From the NCBI GenBank assembly GCA_002269645.1, contig NIVC01000096.1, positions 310,001 through 374,000 on the forward strand: a DNA stretch of 64,000 nucleotides, read 5' to 3'. The DNA is from Macrostomum lignano. Taxonomy: Eukaryota. Below are positions 24,576 to 38,706 of the stretch, one piece after another. Positions within the stretch are counted from its first letter, which is position 1. The number at the start of each line of letters is the position of its first letter. The notes beneath the pieces were generated by a model, which was given only the letters and a program-made list of their open reading frames with translations, made no database searches and was not told where the DNA came from. A program made the position numbers and the translations under genes.

Positions 24576-25439
24576 CCTCCTTCCCTACGTACAGTGTTGG
24601 CGCGCTTGCATAGCCCAGGGGTCAGCTAAATGGGTAAAATTGCCTCAACCTCCACTGGGGTGCCTTTTGCAATTGTTATTATGCTGTGCCCTGTTAACAC
24701 TGCGGAAATGTACACCTGTGTTACATCCGTTCAGATGCATGCATGAACCGATTGCAGGACCATATGCGCAGATGAAGCATTTCTGCATCGCATGCAGATG
24801 GGTCTCAGATTTCTCCTCAACTCAATCGCTTGGAACTGATGCTCTGGCTACAATTATTATTATTGTTATTATTATTATTATTATTGGCACTGAATTCATA
24901 TGAAACCTATACGGCGGATTTACTCAATAGAGCCTACATATATAAGACTGTGTTTCACACAGAAGACATATACAATTCACTTTGTAGCATGTGATATCCG
25001 AAATTGAGGACTTCTGCAGTGGCTGCAATGGATGTGTGGAAGTTAAAAACACACAAAACACACACACAAGGCCATGCACGCACTGCCTGCCTTATAAAAG
25101 ACGAGGGGGGTTTAAGGTTACAACTGGAGCCATCTAATTGCAGCAATAATTTCATAGCATAATTTTTTGCTACAAAATCTCTGTCAACTTCCTAATGCGC
25201 TTGATTTGAGAGATCTGCAGCAGATCTCATGCCGCCACCGAACTGTATAGAAAGCTTATACATCATCATTTACGAATGCAATTCTTGTTTATTTAATAAA
25301 TATGCAACATATCGAGGCTGTTCATTAACGGAAAGAAGAGCGGTTGATATTTGGCACTAATTTGAGACAAAGATTCTGCATGACTTCATGTAGACTGCTT
25401 CTCGAGTGATATGTGCTTTTTAGAATGCATTTTTGTACT

Positions 25440-26065
25440 GTGATGAGACTATAGGGAGGGGTGAAAGAGGGTTAAAGAGAGTGGGAGAGGGTAAGAGAGG
25501 GTGGAGAGCTAGGATAAGAAAGGGTGGGAGAGTGTGGGAGAGGGTAAGAGAGGGTAAGAGAGGGTGGGAGAGAGTGGGAGAGGAAAAGAGAGGGTAAGAG
25601 AGGGTGGGAAAGGGTAAGAGAGGGTGTGAGAGGATAATAGAGGGTAAGAGAGGGTAAGAGATGGTGGGAGAGGGTGGGAGAGGGTGGGAGAGGATAAGAG
25701 AGGGTGGGAGAAGGTAAGAGAGGGTAAGAGAGGGTGGGAGAGGATAAGAGAGGGTAAGAGAGGGTAGGAAAGGGTAAGAGAGGGTAAGAGAGGGTAAGAG
25801 AGGGTGGGAAAGGGTAAGAGAGGGTAAGAGAGGGTGGGAAAGGGTAAGAGAGGGTAAGAGAGGGTGGGAATGGGTAAGTGAGGGTGGGAGTGGGTAAGAG
25901 AGGGTGGGAGTGGGTAAGAGAGGGTGGGAGTGGGTAAGAGAGGGTGGGAGTGGGTAAGAGAGGGTGGGAGTGGGTAAGAGAGGGTGGGAGTGGGTAAGAG
26001 AGGGTGGGAGTGGGTAAGAGAGGGTGGGAGTGGGTAAGAGAGGGTGGGAGTGGGTAAGAGAGTGT
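25440..26065 (+). repeat. GA-rich 10/20-bp repeat agagagggtgggagtgggta
   Basis: Tandem array. Confidence 0.9.
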
Positions 26066-27009
26066 AAGAAAGATTTTGTTTTCAAATTTTCATGCCAAAT
26101 CGGTGCCGTATGCATGCAGCATCATCTCATAATGGCTCCCAATGCCTCATCAATCAGATCCAGAATCGCAATCCGACGGGGAGCAGAGAACACAATCAGA
26201 GAAGGGTAAAAATGTAAATGTATTCTTCCCAACTCCAACAGATCCAGATTACAGAGCCTCCTGCCGATCTCCCATTTGCGGGATAATCCCGCTCATAAGC
26301 TCGGTCAATCAGCTGGATGACCCCTCGCCCCTGGTAGAATCATTCTCACAATATCCACAGGGAATAACGGCGCCAGATTAACTTCGAGCGTGCATTGGGG
26401 GATCGCTGATAGGGGATAATCTTCCCCTTTAGTTCTCATTCCTCCATAGGGGCCACTTAAAAGCGGATAAACTCCCCAAATCTGCGACACGAGGCCGGAA
26501 AGAGCCAAGATCTCTCAAACTCCCCAAATATAGAATGGGATATTAATCCCTTCGATATTTGCTTCGTTCCAGTCGAAAAAAGCCAAGATATGTTTTTGTC
26601 TGACCAGAGTTATCGGTGACAAAAAGCCAATTTTGTGAACAAATATTTCTCTTTCTATATGACTCTCTCTGTGTAGACTGTAGAATATCTTACTAATATA
26701 TATCATATAATAATATAGGTCGCTGACATCAAAGGCAGGCGGCACAGACACACAGGCTTAGCAAGGCAAACGAACAAATTAGGAGACCATGGAGAATTTA
26801 TTTGTTTTTGAGCTTAATAAACGCCTCCCCTTCTAAGAGCTCGACTTGGTGCCGAGCTTCAATAAACAGCGTTGGACCTAGGCAGCTCAGGGCCGGCTGC
26901 TGAGCATGGACCGCTGCAACAGACAATATGGACTGCGGGCTTGAAACCGAGACAGAATGCTAGTACGTTAGAAACTGTAAAATAGATACTCTTAGATAGT
27001 TACATGTAT

Positions 27010-27725
<716 letters not shown>

Positions 27726-28393
27726 GCTGGTTGTTACAAATATAAATTCTATTTTGTCGTCTTTATCAATGTAAACAATTTTTGTTAATTAAAATCCGCT
27801 CATGGAATGCTTCTCTTAAGTGTCCACGTCCTTTAGTGCGACACTTAGTGGTCTGTTGAGTTTGAGAAATCTTGCTTCGCTTTCCAATCCAAGTGTTCCC
27901 TAGGGGTCTTTGGTAGTAGTCTCACATCTATAGCTCTTAGCCAGTCTATGAGGCTAATAATATGCACTACTCGTATATAGACCACAAGCATTAAACTGTT
28001 TGACAGCTCGTTCGAGCACAGCATTCATAGGTGCCGAATATGATAGCCTGGCCCGGCTGTGTGCACTGCGGTGTCCTTTGATAATGGATTCTCTCTTAAA
28101 TCGCTTTGACAGCAGATCGAGGAGCCGGGGGTGCCAAAAGAAAACAAGTTAAATAAAAAGAGAACAGGAAATTTCTTTCAATAGAAAAGCAGCGAGTGTC
28201 ATCATCGCATATTTTTTTAATTACTGCCAGGTGCCAGGTGCTATACGATGCTGCAAGATGGCTGTTTAACTGACTATGCAAGTTTGAGTAGACCCTGTGG
28301 CTTACGGGCTTTAAGTTAAGCTGACGCTGGACATTATGCTTGATAGAAAAGAATGCTTTTGCGTTAGAAACTGTAAAGGCAGATATATACCAG

Positions 28394-28394
<1 letters not shown>

Positions 28395-28440
<46 letters not shown>

Positions 28441-28441
28441 G

Positions 28442-28536
<95 letters not shown>

Positions 28537-28561
28537 GTAGATAGATAGATAGATAGATAGG

Positions 28562-28620
<59 letters not shown>

Positions 28621-28621
28621 G

Positions 28622-28659
<38 letters not shown>

Positions 28660-28766
28660 TATATAGATAGATAGGTAGATAGATAGATAGATAGGTAGAT
28701 AGATAGATAGATAGATAGATAGGTAGATAGATAGATAGATAGATAGGTAGATAGATAGATAGATAT

Positions 28767-28826
<60 letters not shown>

Positions 28827-28891
28827 GTAGATAGATAGGTAGATAGATAGATAGATAGATAGATAGGTAGATAGATAGGTAGATAGATAGG

Positions 28892-28930
<39 letters not shown>

Positions 28931-28980
28931 GTAGATAGATAGATATATAGATAGATAGATAGATAGATAGATGTAGATAG
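28395..28980 (+). repeat. (GATA)n microsatellite
   Basis: Direct reading. Confidence 0.97.
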
Positions 28981-29581
28981 GCATCCATTAAAAAGACAGA
29001 TAAATAGAGACACAGAGACAGACATTAACAAGATAGATAAACAAATGCAAGAAACAGACGGTTGGACAAACGCAACAGGTAATAACTGCGCGCATGTTTC
29101 ACTGTGAGCACACTGACTCACCTGACAATTACATCTTTAATGCTGCTACACAGTCCTGAAGCGACAGTCGTTTAACAAACACTCCACCCTACCCTACAAT
29201 AAGCTACAGAACAGTGCAAAACAGAAAGCCTATCAGCTGTCAATCAAGTGCTCGGGATTGAACTCTCGCTTTTTCTCACCGCGATGAGCCAGCATTTAAT
29301 TAGAATTTTTACTCCAGCCCGCCAACATCGCTAAGCATGCGATGCGCATTTACCATTTTTATAGTAGAGACACGTACAATTAAATAAGAGTGGCGTCAGC
29401 AGGAAAGCAATCGAGCTGAAGCAGCTGAAAGATAGCAGCGACTCAGCGCAAAACTGCAGTGGTTTGCCTGTGCTAAAGCACTACAACTTGATGCTCAATT
29501 CTAATGAACGCAGTGCTAATACTGAAAAGAATCACTACTGCCTTTGGCGAGACAAAAGCGGGAATCTAGAGGAGGCCGAGG

Positions 29582-30345
29582 CCCAGCAATTAAGGATCTG
29601 GGAGGCTGGCACAGAAACTGAGGATCTGGGAGGCTGGCACAGAAACTGAGGATCTGGGAGGCTGGCCCAGAAACTGAGGATCTGGGAGGCTGGCACAGAA
29701 ACTGAGGATCTGGGAGGCTGGCCCAGCAACTGAGGATCTGGGAGGCTGGCCCAGAAACTGAGGATCTGGGAGGCTGGCCCAGCAACTGGGGATCTGGGAG
29801 GCTGGCACAGAAACTAAGGATCTGGGAGGCTGGCTCATCAACTGAGGATCTGGGAGGCTGGCACAGCAACTAAGGATCTGGGAGGCTGGCTCATCAACTG
29901 AGGATCTGGGAGGCTGGCACAGCAACTGAGGATCTGGAAGGCTGGCACAGCAACTGAGGATCTCGAGGCTGGCCCAGAAACTGAGGATCTGGGAGGCTGG
30001 CACAGCAACTGAGGATCTGGGAGGCTGGCCCAGCAACTGAGGATCTGGGAGGCTGGCTCAGCAACTGAGGATCTCGAGGCTGGCCCAGAAACTGAGGATC
30101 TGGGAGGCTGGCTCATTAACTGAGGATCTGGGAGGCTGGCTCATCAACTGAGGATCTGGGAGGCCGACCCAGCAACTGAGGATCTGGGAGGCTGGCCCAG
30201 AAACTGAGGATCTGGGAGGCTGGACCAGCAACAGAGGATCTGGGAGGCTGGCCCAGCAACTGAGGATCTGGGAGGCTGGCCCAGCAACTGAGGATCTGGG
30301 AGGCTGGCTCAGCAACTGAGGATGTGGGAGGCTGGCCCAGCAACT
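29582..30345 (-). repeat. 28-bp minisatellite family A (reverse orientation)
   Basis: gaggatctgggaggctggcccagcaact units. Confidence 0.95.
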
Positions 30346-31149
30346 GTATTTCTGTGCGTATGGCTAGAGATAACCTAGAGAATAAATTTATCAATGGATA
30401 TGGACGAGTAGCTACTCGATATTCTGTACTCATAGTAGGCACAATCGAGCAGTGCGATAATATTATTATAAAAAGAAAGTAACAAATGAAAACATAGAAA
30501 TGCTGTTTACTGTAACAAACACAAATGAACTCTTTGAATAGACAACAATGCCTTTGATTTTGTTAATTTCAGCGGCACGAATTCAAATATTTTATTTAGT
30601 CTCATACCGATTGCATGTTGATAAATAGACAATGGCTGCATCAATATATTGTAGCAAGAATTTGAAATGTTTAATTGTGTTCAAACACTTCAAAATGTGT
30701 ATTAAAATGAATTTAGGGTTGTTTATTAAATGAAAAACTGAGTCAGTGAGTCTTGATAAACTTTCTCAACATCCATAGCTGAAATCAGTATTGGTGAAAA
30801 GAAATTATTTAAAAAACATAACATACTACTTTTGAACTTGAGTAGTAAATAGATTAACAATAGGTAAATGTAGATTACCGGTTAAATATCAGAAACTCTT
30901 TGTCTTTAGATTAAATGCTGTTGCAATGCTTTTAATATTTTTTTCAATTGACAAAGACAATTTACTTAACAGCAGAGTGAAAACAGCTTGAGGGCACAAT
31001 GCGAATTTCCAGGGTGGCGTATATAAATGAGAACTGAGTAGTTACTGTCAAACCAAAAAATCTGATAAAAAGCTATATTAATAAGGCTAAGGAGGGAACA
31101 ACAGAGAAAGTGCAATTCAAAGTTTCCACTTTCGATTTGGGAGAGAGGG

Positions 31150-31822
31150 ATAAAGGGTGAGAGTATGGGTGAGAGTCGATGAGATTTTGACTGAGAGTCA
31201 GGGTGAGAGTCAGGTAGAGAGTTGGGGTGAGAGTCTAGGTGAGAGTCAGGGTGAGAGTTGGGGTGTCAGGGTGAGAGTCAGGTAGAGAGTTGGGGTGAGA
31301 GTCAGGGTGAGAGTTGGGGTGTTAGGGTGAGAGTCAGGTAGAGAGTTGGGGTGAGAGTCTAGGTGAGAGTCAGGGTGAGAGTTGGGGTGTTAGGGTGAGA
31401 GTCAGGTTGAGATTTGGGGTGAGAGTCCGGTTGAGAGTCAGGGTGAGAGTCGGGTTGGGAGTTGGGGTGAGAGTCAGGGTGAGAGTTGGGATGAGAGTTG
31501 GGTAAAGAGTCAGGGTGAGAGTTGGGGTGTCAGGGTGAGAGTCAGGGTGAGAGTTGGGGTGAGAGTTGGGGTGAGAGTTGGGGTGAGAGTTGGGTAAAGA
31601 GTCAGGGTGAGAGTTGGGGTGAGAGTCAGATTGAGAGTTGGGATGAGAGTCAGGTTGAGAATCAGGGTGAGAGTACGGGTGAGAGTACCGGTGAGAGTCA
31701 GGGTGAGAGTCAGGGTAAGAGTCAGGGTGAGAGTCAGGGTAAGAGTCAGGTTGAGAGTCAGGGTGAGAGTCAGGGTAAGAGTCAGGTTGAGAGTCAGGGT
31801 GAGAGTTGGCGTGAGAGTCAGG
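31150..31822 (+). repeat. 12-bp repeat gggtgagagtca / gggtgagagttg
   Basis: Tandem array just 3' of the NADK2 stop codon. Confidence 0.92.
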
Positions 31823-31975
31823 ATGGGAGAAATACAAGACTTATTACAATAAAACAAAAGAGAAAATCTGCCAAATTAAATTTTTCATACGAGTAAGCAA
31901 CAGAAGTGTACAATAGATGCACACAGTGGCAGACAGAGATTCACATGAATAAAAGGCAGAACATAAAAAACCAAA

Positions 31976-32346
31976 TCAATCCAACAGTCTCACGCAGCAG
32001 ATCGCATCCTCTGGTCGCATCTCTAGCAGGGCAACGCAGCCGTCATTGAAACTGAAGGCGTAGTCGCCATCGATCACCAGCCTGGCGTCCCACATTCGAG
32101 ACCGGACTCGAATCAGGTCCGTCACGCCGCGGCACTGATCGGCCGCGAACACGGAATTAACAACCGGATCCCGAACTGCCCAGGCCATGCGGATCAGCTC
32201 CGGGTCGAATGTTAACGCAGAATTGTAGTTGCGCGCTATGCTAGCGATTTCGGCTGGAGTGTAGCGGCGACTGCGGCTGCCACTGCCGTCAGGTGAGTCA
32301 GCTAATTGGTTGGCGTAGTGCAGGATCTCCTCTACCTGGCTCTCGG
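31976..32346 (-). CDS. NADK2: NADK2 exon 5 (terminal)
   Basis: cctgcag|CC; ...VRDPVVNSVF...RVRSRMWDARLVIDGDYAFSFNDG...* matches the NADK2 C-terminus (VRSRCWDACMVVDGG...FNDG). Confidence 0.93.
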
Positions 32347-32384
32347 CTGCAGGTGGGGGGATTTCTGGCTTTCTAGTTCGAGTT

Positions 32385-34560
32385 TAGGGGCGATTGCTAA
32401 AGTTTAGGGCAATTCCTAAAGTGAGTTTAGTGGAGATTCCTTAAGTGAGTTGAGGGCGACTCCTAAAGTGAGTTGAGGGCGATTCCTAAAGTGAGTTGAG
32501 TGCGATTCCTAAAGTGAGTTTAGTGGCGATTCCTAAAGTGAGTTTAGTGGCGACTCCTAAAGTGAGTTTAGGGCAATTCCTAAAGTGAGTTCAGTGGCGA
32601 TTCCTAAAGTGAGTTTAGTGGCGATTCCTAAAGTGAGTTTAGTGGCGATTCCTAAAGTGAGTTTAGGGCAATTCCTAAAGTGAGTTTAGTGGCGATTCCT
32701 AAAGTTAGTTTAGTGGCGATTCCTAAAGTGAGTTTAGTGGCGATTCCTAAAGTGAGTTTAGTGGCGATTCCTTAAGTGAGTTGAGGGCGATTCCTAAAGT
32801 GAGTTGAGGGCGATTCCTAAAGTGAGTTGAGGGCGATTCCTAAAGTGAGTTTAGTGGCGATTCCTAAAGTGAGTTGAGTGGCGATTCCTAAAGTGAGTTT
32901 AGTGGCGATTCCTAAAGTGAGTTTAGTGGCGACTCCTAAAGTGAGTTTAGGGCAATTCCTAAAGTGAGTTTAGTGGCGATTCCTAAAGTTAGTTTAGTGG
33001 CGATTCCTAAAGTGAGTTTAGTGGCGATTCCTAAAGTTAGTTTAGTGGCGATTCCTTAAGTGAGTTGAGGGCGACTCCTAAAGTGAGTTGAGGGCGATTC
33101 CTAAAGTGAGTTTAGTGGCGATTCCTAAAGTTAGTTTAGTGGCGATTCCTAAAGTGAGTTTAGTGGCGATTCCTAAAGTGAGTTTAGTGGCGATTCCTTA
33201 AGTGAGTTGAGGGCGATTCCTAAAGTGAGTTGAGGGCGATTCCTAAAGTGAGTTGAGGGCGATTCCTAAAGTGAGTTTAGTGGCGATTCCTAAAGTGAGT
33301 TGAGTGGCGATTCCTAAAGTGAGTTTAGTGGCGATTCCTAAAGTGAGTTTAGTGGCGACTCCTAAAGTGAGTTTAGGGCAATTCCTAAAGTGAGTTTAGT
33401 GGCGATTCCTAAAGTGAGTTTAGTGGCGATTCCTTAAGTGAGTTGAGGGCGACTCCTAAAGTGAGTTGAGGGCGATTCCTAAAGTGAGTTGAGGGCGATT
33501 CCTAAAGTGAGTTTAGTGGCGATTCCTAAAGTGAGTTCAGTGGCGACTCCTAAAGTGAGTTTAGGGCAATTCCTAAAGTGAGTTTAGTGGCGATTCCTAA
33601 AGTGAGTTCAGTGGCGATTCCTAAAGTGAGTTTAGTGGCGACTCCTAAAGTGAGTTTAGTGGCGACTCCTAAAGTGAGTTTAGTGGCGACTCCTAAAGTG
33701 AGTTTAGTGGCGACTCCTAAAGTGAGTTTAGTGGCGATTCCTAAAGTGAGTTTAGTGGCGATTCCTAAAGTGAGTTTAGTGGCGACTCCTAAAGTGAGTT
33801 TAGGGACGATTCCTAAAGTGAGTTGAGAGCGATTCCTAAAGTTTAGGGAAATTCCTAAAGTGAGTTTAGTGGCGACTCCTAAAGTGAGTTTAGTGGCGAT
33901 TCCTAAAGTGAGTTTAGTGGCGATTCCTAAAGTGAGTTGAGTGGCGATTCCTAAAGTGAGTTTAGTGGCGACTCCTAAAGTGAGTTTAGTGGTGATTTCT
34001 AAAGTGAGTTTAGTGGCGATTCCTAAAGTGAGTTTAGTGGCGACTCCTAAAGTGAGTTTAGGGACGATTCCTAAAGTGAGTTGAGAGCGATTCCTAAAGT
34101 TTAGGGAAATTCCTAAAGTGAGTTTAGTGGCGACTCCTAAAGTGAGTTTAGTGGCGATTCCTAAAGTGAGTTTAGTGGCGATTCCTAAAGTGAGTTGAGT
34201 GGCGATTCCTAAAGTGAGTTTAGTGGCGACTCCTAAAGTGAGTTTAGGGACGATTCCTAAAGTGAGTTGAGAGCGATTCCTAAAGTTTAGGGCAACTCCT
34301 AAAGTGAGTTTAGGGACGATTCCTAAAGTGAGTTTAGTGGCGACTCCTAAAGTGAGTTTAGGGCGATTCCTATAGAAATTTTAGGGCGATTCCTATAGAA
34401 ATTTTAGGGCGATTCCTATAGAAATGTTAGGGCGATTCCTATAGAAATGTTAGGGCGATTCCTATAGAAATGTTAGGGCGATTCCTATAGAAATGTTAGG
34501 GCGATTCCTATAGAAATGTTGGGGCGATTCCTACATAAATTTTAGAGCGATTCCTATAGA
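32385..34560 (+). repeat. 24-bp minisatellite gcgattcctaaagtgagtttagtg
   Basis: ~2.1-kb array filling NADK2 intron 4; variant units at the right end. Confidence 0.96.
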
Positions 34561-34694
34561 GATTTTAGGTCTTTAGGATTTAAGGGAGTTAAGGATCTAT
34601 TTTTAGCGGGAATTTAAATACGCGATTTCTTAGCGACAATCAGACTTCAAAGGCTATTTAACAATGAAAATTTCGCGTCAATGTTTAAACTCAC

Positions 34695-35092
34695 ACAGGT
34701 GATTGATATGGAAATACCAAGAAGTGGACCCGGTCCCAGTGCACACGGTCACTCCGGAGGATTTCTGCTTTCGCATTCGCCCCTCTCGGCCCAGTCCCAT
34801 CTCATAATAGGACACCCTGGCCGACAGGGACTCGCCGATGAACACTTCGTTCAGGGCGAGCACTGGCAGCGGGCTGAGCTCATGCTCCTGGCACTGCAGC
34901 ATCGGCTGCCGGCGCAGCCAAGCCTCCTCGAGCTCCTTGTAGTGCTCCGAAAAGCGGTACTCCGGGTACCTTAGGTGTAACGACTGCAGGCGGCTGGCGC
35001 CATCGGCTGGGCTGTCCGCTGACGACTGGCTGCTGGAAGGCAATCCCGTTGACATGGAGACCCGGATGCGTTGCCGCCACAGCCAGCGGAAC
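34695..35092 (-). CDS. NADK2: NADK2 exon 4
   Basis: cgcccag|G; FRWLWRQRIR...LPVLALNEVFIGESLSARVSYYE...KQKSSGVTVCTGTGSTSW; T|gtgagt; 398 nt. Confidence 0.95.
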
Positions 35093-35114
35093 CTGGGCGA
35101 ATGGGAGCGGCGGA

Positions 35115-35682
35115 TCAGGATCTGGGGAATGGGGATCTGGAATGGGGAATGGGGATCTGAGATGTGGAATGGGGATCTGGGATGGGAAATGGGGATCTGG
35201 GATGGGGAATGGGGATCTGGGATGGGAAATGGGGATCTGGAATGGGGATCTGGGATGGGGAATGGGGATTTGGAATGGGGAATGGGGAATGGGGATTAGG
35301 AATGGGGAATGGGGATCTGGGAAAGGGAATGGGAATCTGGGATGGGGAATGGGGATTTGGGATGGGGAATGGGGATCTTGGAAAAGGAATGGGAATCTGG
35401 GATGGGGAATGGGAATTTGGGATGGGGAATGGGGATTTGGGATGGGAATAGCGGATCTAGGATAGGGCATGGGGACCTGGGATGAGGCATGTGGATCTGA
35501 TATGGAGAGTGGAAGGCTGAATTACGGATTGGGGATCTTATCTAGAATGAAAAATGGGGATCTAAAATGAGGAATGGGGTTCTGGGATGGGAAAGGGGAT
35601 CTGGAATTGGGGAATGTGGATCTGGAATGGGGAATAGGGATCTGGAATGGGGAATAGGGATCTGGGATGAGAAAAGGGGATC
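35115..35682 (+). repeat. G-rich repeat ggggatctgggatggggaat
   Basis: Tandem array in NADK2 intron 3. Confidence 0.9.
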
Positions 35683-35989
35683 TAGGAGGCTCTAAGCTTG
35701 AACTGATGCATGATGCAATTCGAGTTCATAAACTGGGGATCTGGGATCAGCATTAAACCTGTCCGCCTCGTGACTAACGGGCCGGTCCATTGTTCCGGAC
35801 TGCGGGCCCATGATAAGGGCAGAGGCGCCGCTGTCTCTCTTGCAACCCAAACTGCTAACTCCGATGCGACACTGTGAGAACTGCTGTCAATATCAGAGCT
35901 CAACTGGGTGCGAATTTGCCTCTGATGGCTGCATATTGAGCAGCTGGAGGCGCAACTACTGATAATGTAAGCTGAGTGGCTGCTGCACC

Positions 35990-36630
35990 TGGGTCTGGGA
36001 GGGCGGTGGCTGAGCCTGGGGTCTGGGAGGGCGGTGGCTGAGCCTGGGGTCTGGGAGGGCGTGGCTGAGCCTGGGGTCTGGGAGGGCGTGGCTGAGCCTG
36101 GGGTCTGGGAGGGCGGTGGCTGAGTCCGGGGTCTGGGAGGGCGTGGCTGAGCCTGGGGTCTGGGAGGGCGGTGGCTGAGCTTGGGGTCTGGGAGGGCGGT
36201 GGCTGAGCCTGGGGTCTGGGAGGGCGGTGGATGAGCTTGGGGTCTGGGAGGGCGGTGGCTGAGCCTGGGGTCTGGGAGGGCGGTGGCTGAGCCTTGGGTC
36301 TGGGAGGGCGGTGGCTGAGCCTTGGGTCTGGGAGGGCGGTGGCTGAGCCTGGGGTCTGGGAGAGCGGTGGCTGAGCCTGGGGTCTGGGAGGGCGGTGGCT
36401 GAGCCTGGGGTCTGGGAGGGCGGTGGCTGAGTCTGGGAGGGTGGCCCAGCAACTGAGGATCTGGGAGGCTGGCCCAGCAACTGAGGATCTGGGAGGCTGG
36501 CCCAGCAACTGAGGATCTGGGAGGCTGGCCCAGCAACTGAGGATCTGGGAGGCTGGCCCAGCAACTGAGGATCTGGGAGGCTGGCCCAGCAACTGAGGAT
36601 CTGGGAGGCTGGCCCAGCAATCGAGGATCT
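35990..36630 (-). repeat. Compound 28-bp array: variant ggcggtggctgagcctggggtctgggag (35990-36437) joined to family A (36438-36630)
   Basis: Tandem arrays in NADK2 intron 3. Confidence 0.92.
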
Positions 36631-36653
36631 GATGCGAGACTCCGCAGGCTCAC

Positions 36654-36896
36654 CTTCCAGCCAGCAAGGCATCGATGGCATCGGGCGCAGTCTTGCTGGT
36701 CGGCATGCACAGGTAGCCTTCTGACTTTCCCGGATCGGTGTTGACGCCAATCAAAGGCTTAGTGGCGGATTTAATCCGGCTGGCGGCCAGCAGAAAGGTG
36801 CCGTCGCCGCCAGCTGAAACCACGGCGTCGGCCCAGTCGATGGCGGCCAAGGTGTACATGTTGCGGGACACCACCTGGCAGTCGATGCCGCGCTGT
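36654..36896 (-). CDS. NADK2: NADK2 exon 3 (GGDGT motif)
   Basis: attcag|A; WADAVVSAGGDGTFLLAAS...GVNTDPGKSEGYLC; AG|gtgagc; 243 nt. Confidence 0.96.
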
Positions 36897-37004
36897 CTGA
36901 ATTGAAATTTAGGTACAGATTGATCAGTGCTGAAGCAGTGATCATTACATTGGAAATAAGAACAAAGCCAACAATTACATACAATACAATACAGAGAAAC
37001 GGAG

Positions 37005-37310
37005 TGGGGGGGGGGGAAAGAGGGAGGAGAGAGCGAGATGGAGAGGAAGAGAGGGAGAGGGAAATAGGGTGAAAGGGAAATAGGGAGAGGGGGATTGGGA
37101 GAGTGGGAGAGGGAGAGGGAGAGGGAGAGGGAGGGTAGAGTGTGAGAGGGAAAGGGGGTGAGAGGAGAGGAAGAGAGGGAGAAGGAGATGGAGAGGGAGA
37201 GGGAGGGAGAGAGAGTGAGAGAAAGAGGAGTGGGAGAGGGTAAGAGGGAGAAGAAAAGAGGGAGAGAGAGCGAGGTACAGGGAGAGAGGGAGATGGAGTG
37301 AGAGGAGTAA
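37005..37310 (+). repeat. GA-rich low-complexity tract
   Basis: NADK2 intron 2. Confidence 0.85.
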
Positions 37311-37392
37311 GCTAAATCTTTTATGCTTATAAACATACATATATTAGTACTTTATATTAGCACATGTGAATTTACAGTTAAATTTAACTCAC

Positions 37393-37481
37393 TGCAGATG
37401 AGCCACCAGCGAATTCAAGGTGCCATGGTGAACATTGTGGTGCAGCAGTAAATTATCGTAATCCGACCCTTTGCGCTTTAA
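37393..37481 (-). CDS. NADK2: NADK2 exon 2
   Basis: tttaag|TTA; LKRKGSDYDNLLLHHNVHHGTLNSLVAHL (compare LKGSSYSGLLERHHIH); CA|gtgagt; 89 nt. Confidence 0.88.
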
Positions 37482-37539
37482 CTTAAATTTAGATGAAAAA
37501 GGATACGATTGTTGATTAACTTAACAATTCTCTAAAACC

Positions 37540-38225
37540 TCAGATCCCTAAACTCTGAATCCCTAACTTTAAATGCATAAACTCCAAATCCCCAAACTCC
37601 AAGTCTCTAAACTCCAAGTCTCTAAACTCCAAATCCCCAAACTCCAAGTCTCTAAACTCCAAGTCTCTAAACTCCAAGTCTCTAAACTCCAAATCCCCAA
37701 ACTCCAAGTCTCTAAACTCCAAATCTCTAAACTCCAAATCCCCAGACTCTAAATCCCCAAACTCTAAATCCCCAAACTCCAAGTCTCTAAACTCTAAATC
37801 CCCAAACTCCAAATCTCTAAACTCCAAATCCCCAAACTCCAAGTCTCTAAACTCCAAGTCTCTAAACTCCAAGTCTCTAAACTCCAAATCCCCAAACTCC
37901 AAGTCTCTAAACTCTAAATCCCCAAACTCCAAGTCTCTAAACTCCAAACTCCAAGTCTCTAAACTCCAAATCCCAAAACTCTAAATATCTAAACTCCAAA
38001 TCTCTAAACTCCAAATCCCCAAACTCCAAGTCTCTAAACTCCTAATCCCCAAACTCCAAGTCTCTAAACTCCAAATCCCAAAACTCCAAATCCCTAAACT
38101 CCAAGTCTCTAAACTCCAAATCTCAAAACTCCAAATCCCCAAACTCCAAGTCTCTAAACTCTAAATCCCTAAACTCCAAATCCCCAAACTCCAAATCTTT
38201 AAACTCCAAATCTCTAAACTCCACA
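37540..38225 (+). repeat. 15-bp minisatellite aaactccaagtctct
   Basis: NADK2 intron 1. Confidence 0.93.
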
Positions 38226-38433
38226 TTCTCAAACGACTAATCTTAATACTTCCACTTGAAAGTCCATAAAATCCAAATCCCGAAACAACAAATCCAAGAC
38301 CATAAATCCCTATAATCTAATTAATTCCATAAAATTGAAATCCAAAAAGTAAAATTTGTTAAACACTAAATTCATAAACTACAAATCCATAGGTGTCAAT
38401 GCAGATATAATAGAGCAGGAACAAATCACTCAC

Positions 38434-38706
38434 ATGATCCTTCAGCTTCTCCTCAGACAGATGCGGATTAAGCGATCTCTCATACTCCAAGCGAGTAATT
38501 TTAGTTAGCAGCAGAAGTCGTCTGGGCTCAAAACCAGGCAGCTGCTGGGAGAAGCGCATGGCTGGTTGGCACCAACCGCCCGTGGCAGCAGAGGAGAGCA
38601 ATTTAGCCAACTGTTTGGTACCAGTGCAGCATCGGTTGCACTGGCTGACAGTCGCAATGGCCAACTGACATCCATGCACTGTGCGAAGTATAACTGAACC
38701 AAGCAT
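38434..38706 (-). CDS. NADK2: NADK2 exon 1 with probable mitochondrial transit peptide
   Basis: ATG at 38706; ...FEPRRLLLLTKITRLEYERS...LSEEKLKDH|gtgagt. The joined CDS is 1374 nt (457 aa). The start could instead be the ATG at 38559. Confidence 0.85.
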
